Source: a virus
Taxonomy: Duplodnaviria > Heunggongvirae > Uroviricota > Caudoviricetes
Virus record (IMG/VR): IMGVR_UViG_2529292726_000022
Location: 1 to 10,240 of that record
Length of the DNA: 10,240 nt
Strand: one strand, 5' to 3'
The position numbers and the translations under genes were made by a program. Below the pieces are notes generated by a model. The model was not told where the DNA came from, ran no database searches, and saw only the letters and a list, made by a program, of their open reading frames with translations. Shown here piece after piece: positions 7,086 to 10,240 of the stretch; positions within the stretch are counted from its first letter, which is position 1; the number at the start of each line of letters is the position of its first letter.

Positions 7086-7789
7086 CAGCGCACCTCACCA
7101 TCTTTATGGCTGGAGTTAACTTCCGCCATTAAATGTCTGACGTAATCGACAAGAGAGCCACCTGGTGGAATCTGGCATTCCTCAACTAACTGGAAGTAGA
7201 TATCCGCTGCATTACGTGTATTGCTACCCGCACATATTCTTTCTTCCCGAAGTGCATGAAGCTCGTTGATCAAACGGTCACACTCTCCGTTACGCTGATC
7301 CACAACGGCCTCAAGCTCTGCGACGCGTTCACCTGGCGTCTTACCTTCTTTGCGTTGGATGGTAACGACGAAATCGCCAATTGCAGGGACGTTGTAATCC
7401 AGCTCAAGGTAGTTTTTGGCACCGCTGCGGACGAACTCACCCGCGAACATGGTGGCGAACATCGCAGAGGCCACTTCGCCGTTGAAAAGTGACTCAAGAT
7501 CTAACGGAGTCCCGGCAGCAAGAGCCTCTTTTGCTGTATCCATTGCATCCATGAACCGATCAAACTCACTAGCGCGCTTTTCCATGTCTTTCCATTGCTC
7601 GCTCCAACGTTTGGCAACGAAGTCTATGAATGTTTTCGCGGATTCATCAAAATTCCCCTCAAACTTAACGATGCCTTTATCAATAATAATCTGGCCTACC
7701 GCATCCTCTGCATAACCTTTCAATGTAAACTTGAAAGGAAAATCAGAATGGCCTGTGACGTTAAAATGCTCTAACTGGAGGTTGTTCAT
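7085..7789 (-). CDS. Hypothetical protein, 234 aa
   Basis: Minus-strand ORF with ATG at complement 7787-7789, preceded by the same AAGAGAAAAACAC initiation region as the 6153-6566 gene. Confidence 0.7.
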   Translation of the reverse strand: MNNLQLEHFNVTGHSDFPFKFTLKGYAEDAVGQIIIDKGIVKFEGNFDESAKTFIDFVAKRWSEQWKDMEKRASEFDRFMDAMDTAKEALAAGTPLDLESLFNGEVASAMFATMFAGEFVRSGAKNYLELDYNVPAIGDFVVTIQRKEGKTPGERVAELEAVVDQRNGECDRLINELHALREERICAGSNTRNAADIYFQLVEECQIPPGGSLVDYVRHLMAEVNSSHKDGEVR

Positions 7790-7850
7790 GTGTTTTTCTC
7801 TTATCGTTTAGTTACTACATTCTTACACAAATTAAGTAAGTATTTACCTA

Positions 7851-9536
7851 TCATTTAACGCGTTTGAAAACGTATACGCTGACTGTGATCCCGGTATCTT
7901 CAAACTCGTTGGTAAACGACTTCCCTCTGGCATAAACGTAATTATCCATCGTCATCCAGTCCAGTATTGGCGCAGTGCCCGGCAATACTGCTACAAGACG
8001 CCCGCCGACTTTCAGATGCCCCAGCGCAGCCAGCGTGTGCTCTCTATGACGACCAAGCGAGTACGGCGGGTTCATAACGATTTTGTCGAACTGATAACCT
8101 GCGTTGTCCTCAGACCACTTTATGAAGTCGCAGCAAATCGTGTTCGTATACCCTTTTCCACGCAGGATATCAGCGAAGAGAGGTGCGATTTCTATGCAGG
8201 TAACATCTTCCAGATCGGCGTTAATATAGGCCAGAAGATCCCCACGTCCGGCTTGAGGCTCCAGCAGCTTCTCACCAGGCTTCAATTCAGTGGCTCTGGC
8301 AACGTACTCAGCAATCAAGCGTGGGGTAGGGTAGAACTGGTGTGATTTTGTATCCGGTATTAAACCGGTAGCCACAATCGTATTTAGCGTATGGCCGATG
8401 TCATACGGGAACTGCCAGTGCTTTTTCTCCTGCACGCCGCCAATGAAGCTCAGTGTGCGCTCAAGCTCTTCCACCTGCGACTTCTGGAGAGCTGAATCAG
8501 AGAAGTACCATACGCCTTTGTCTTTGCTCAATCGCCCGTCACGAAGCGCAGTGCGAACCGGCACGGAGATCGTCTTCTGGATTAACCCGAACTGCTTTGG
8601 TGCCCGTGTTTTTGGCGCAGTTCGGCATGGCGCGGGAATTGCAGCAGGCATACTGTAAGCCAGCACCTCATTCAACTTCCAGGCCACGTCAGGATGTATT
8701 TCAAAGTGAACGTTGCCGTTCTTGAACATCTTCACGCGCATCAGATTTCCATCGACGTTCATCCAGTCACCGGTCTGGCAGTCGTTTGCCCGATACGCAG
8801 CTGATAGCACCTCAGCAGTGCGGTTGATGGTAATAAATTCTTTGTGCGCGAAGAAATGAAGCAAGACACGCAGATCGTCGATGTAGTCCTCTTTGCGATA
8901 GTTCACGCTAACGCTGTCCCGCCAGAAATCAGAAATGCAGTCAGCGATTATCAGACGCTCGCTGAAACCGTTTGTCTTATTTGTCTTGTGCGCAGGACTC
9001 AGCGCCTTAAACAAGCCATACACGCGCTCAGAGAGATATTTGTGCCTGTCATTCAGCAAATTAAGCATCGTGGGTATGACCGTTTCTGCTTTGAACTCCG
9101 GTACACCAACGAACTCTTTAACCTTCATCTGGTAGCCGGTTCTGTCAGTTTTGATGACTTCCTGTTTGCCCTCTATAAACTGCTCGCGCCACTCATCTCG
9201 ACGGGAAGCTGGCATGATCAGCAAAACGTTAGTCATGTCCGTGACCTTCCTCCAGTACTCGGCCCAAATATTCTGTTTCACCCATTCCAGATCGACTTTA
9301 TCCAACCAACCTCGATTTAAACGCGAGCGATCTTCATCTGGTCGATGGTTTAGTCTCAGCAGGCGATTAATCATGTTGTGGCGTTCGTCGCCATAAACGA
9401 AGTCGTGTACCTGATACATGAAGGCGATCTCTTTCTCGCACTCGGCCACGATTTCGTGGATGACATTCATTTCCTGACGATAGTCGATAGCCGTGTTTGA
9501 GCTGGCATCGTCGCTGATGGAAAGGGCTGTATTCAT
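7851..9536 (-). CDS. 561-aa protein: ~380-aa N-terminal region of unknown function plus C-terminal gamma-class N6-adenine (amino) methyltransferase domain
   Basis: Motif order FYPTP (motif X-like), LEPQAGRGD (motif I; EPQAGRGD encoded 8238-8261), ~55 aa, then MNPPY (motif IV, encoded 8061-8072), typical of gamma-class amino-MTases. Only ~70 aa follow NPPY, so no obvious C-terminal target-recognition domain. First gene of the operon. Confidence 0.8.
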   Translation of the reverse strand: MNTALSISDDASSNTAIDYRQEMNVIHEIVAECEKEIAFMYQVHDFVYGDERHNMINRLLRLNHRPDEDRSRLNRGWLDKVDLEWVKQNIWAEYWRKVTDMTNVLLIMPASRRDEWREQFIEGKQEVIKTDRTGYQMKVKEFVGVPEFKAETVIPTMLNLLNDRHKYLSERVYGLFKALSPAHKTNKTNGFSERLIIADCISDFWRDSVSVNYRKEDYIDDLRVLLHFFAHKEFITINRTAEVLSAAYRANDCQTGDWMNVDGNLMRVKMFKNGNVHFEIHPDVAWKLNEVLAYSMPAAIPAPCRTAPKTRAPKQFGLIQKTISVPVRTALRDGRLSKDKGVWYFSDSALQKSQVEELERTLSFIGGVQEKKHWQFPYDIGHTLNTIVATGLIPDTKSHQFYPTPRLIAEYVARATELKPGEKLLEPQAGRGDLLAYINADLEDVTCIEIAPLFADILRGKGYTNTICCDFIKWSEDNAGYQFDKIVMNPPYSLGRHREHTLAALGHLKVGGRLVAVLPGTAPILDWMTMDNYVYARGKSFTNEFEDTGITVSVYVFKRVK

Positions 9537-9577
9537 AATTACACCATTAAATAATTTGTTTTCTGATTGGTGTAATT
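9537..9577. promoter_or_regulatory. Perfect 9-bp inverted repeat abutting the methyltransferase start codon
   Basis: AATTACACC-N23-GGTGTAATT (9537-9545 / 9569-9577) directly adjacent to the ATG at 9536, so on the mRNA it covers the ribosome-binding region. Candidate operator or 5'-UTR stem-loop. Confidence 0.4.
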
Positions 9578-9633
9578 ATCGCAAACTTGAAAAGGCATAA
9601 AAGCTGCATTCATAGGCGTTACAGCAGATTTAA

Positions 9634-9660
9634 GGCGTAAAAATGGGGGCTGTCGCCCCC
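9634..9660 (-). terminator. Intrinsic terminator of the small gene 9678-9914
   Basis: Minus-strand GGGGGC-GACA-GCCCCC hairpin (9645-9660) followed by ATTTTTAC, 18 nt past the stop codon. Confidence 0.6.
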
Positions 9661-9677
9661 TGTCGACTGGTGCTGTA

Positions 9678-9914
9678 TTAGAGTGCGTATTGCGTTTTGT
9701 GCGGCTGCTTATTCAAGTCATGGCGATGCGTGAGCTCCCGCATCATGTCTTCAAGGCGACTCTTTGTGTCGTCGAGCTGGTCGGCCATTGCACCTAAAAG
9801 CTGGCGAACGGCCATCGGATCGTCGCTGTTTAGTGATGGCATTTTAGAACCTGCTTTAGAAGACATAAGGTTGATTGCAGACATCAACATCGTTAGAGAG
9901 GTATTAGACGTCAA
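9678..9914 (-). CDS. Hypothetical small protein (up to 78 aa; true start uncertain)
   Basis: Minus-strand ORF with its own terminator. The track start is a TTG; internal ATGs (MLMSAINL..., MPSLNSDD...) are alternative starts. The 5' end abuts the presumed IS21-family terminus, so it may be the 3' remnant of a disrupted gene. Confidence 0.45.
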   Translation of the reverse strand: MTSNTSLTMLMSAINLMSSKAGSKMPSLNSDDPMAVRQLLGAMADQLDDTKSRLEDMMRELTHRHDLNKQPHKTQYAL

Positions 9915-9918
9915 CTAG

Positions 9919-10240
9919 TTTTGCCGACTCGCGCCAACTATACTGGCCGCACCCTTCAGTGCGACATCAAGTCGCGCTTGTTACTGCCTTCGCTGTCTTT
10001 TTCCTGTAGCTTTCACCTTTCAGTTCGAACATATATCCGTGATGGATCAGCCGGTCTGCCGCCGCCACCGCCATAGTCTCATCCACGAAGATGCTGCCCC
10101 ACATGCTGAACGGATGGTTACTGGTTATCACCAGGCTCCCACGTTCATAGCGATGCGCTATTAACTCGAACAGTACTCCCGTTTCGGCGCTGTCGCGTTT
10201 GACATAGCCAAGATCATCCACCACTATCACCCGGTAGCGA
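9919..10240 (-). mobile_element. IS21-family insertion sequence, istB-proximal end (partial; exact terminus not determined)
   Basis: Inferred from the istB fragment; the terminal inverted repeat should lie in about 9919-9966, downstream of the istB stop, but I could not identify it by eye. Confidence 0.55.
9967..10240 (-). CDS. istB: IS21-family transposition helper ATPase IstB, C-terminal part (5' end beyond window)
   Basis: ...IVVDDLGYVKRD...LFELIAHRYERGSLVITSNHPFSMWGSIFVDETMAVAAADRLIHHGYMFELKGESYRKK... matches the IstB Walker B-to-C-terminus signature (D-D/E-L-G-Y, RYE, TSN, DRLxHH, ELKGESYR). The track's M at 10230 is internal. Confidence 0.9.
   Translation of the reverse strand, partial: RYRVIVVDDLGYVKRDSAETGVLFELIAHRYERGSLVITSNHPFSMWGSIFVDETMAVAAADRLIHHGYMFELKGESYRKKTAKAVTSAT

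Noticed and set aside
4856-9320. Plus-strand ORFs 4856-5284, 6163-6393, 6726-7145, 7256-7492, 7416-7715, 8016-8345, 8398-8658, 8453-8725, 8844-9320, 8935-9135, 9151-9396 and minus-strand 6785-7051, 7270-7497
   Set aside because: Antisense or alternative-frame shadows of the long minus-strand operon genes; short, with no start-site signals.
9697-9918. Plus-strand 73-aa ORF
   Set aside because: Antisense to the minus-strand ORF 9678-9914, which has its own downstream terminator; the plus-strand ORF has no such signals.
9967-10230. Treating the ORF-track M at 10230 as the istB start
   Set aside because: The region aligns with the C-terminal third of IstB (Walker B onward); the true start is beyond the window end.

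Overview
The window looks like an Enterobacteriaceae (E. coli-type) chromosomal locus: the 5' ~1.8 kb is most of metG on the minus strand (its 3' end lies beyond the window start), divergently transcribed from mrp/apbC (1978-3078, +). Immediately after mrp the sequence becomes an accessory, phage-like island that is not what E. coli K-12 carries here (from memory K-12 has yehE downstream of mrp). The island holds: (1) a minus-strand gene for a UmuD-family S24 peptidase that natively starts at the GFPSPAADY motif, i.e. a pre-truncated UmuD'-like protein, behind a canonical LexA box; (2) an AT-rich non-coding stretch with tandem DnaA-box-like repeats, a strong bidirectional terminator hairpin and a ~20-bp direct repeat; (3) a 27-codon hydrophobic small ORF with SD and terminator; (4) an eight-gene minus-strand operon (4307-9536) whose first gene encodes a 561-aa protein with a C-terminal gamma-class N6-adenine methyltransferase domain, followed by seven mostly uncharacterised genes, several with 1-4 nt start/stop overlaps; (5) a small minus-strand gene with its own terminator; and (6) the 3' part of an IS21-family istB at the window end. 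No rRNA, tRNA or CRISPR array was seen. All family assignments are from reading motifs, not from database searches, and island boundaries cannot be fixed without a reference comparison.
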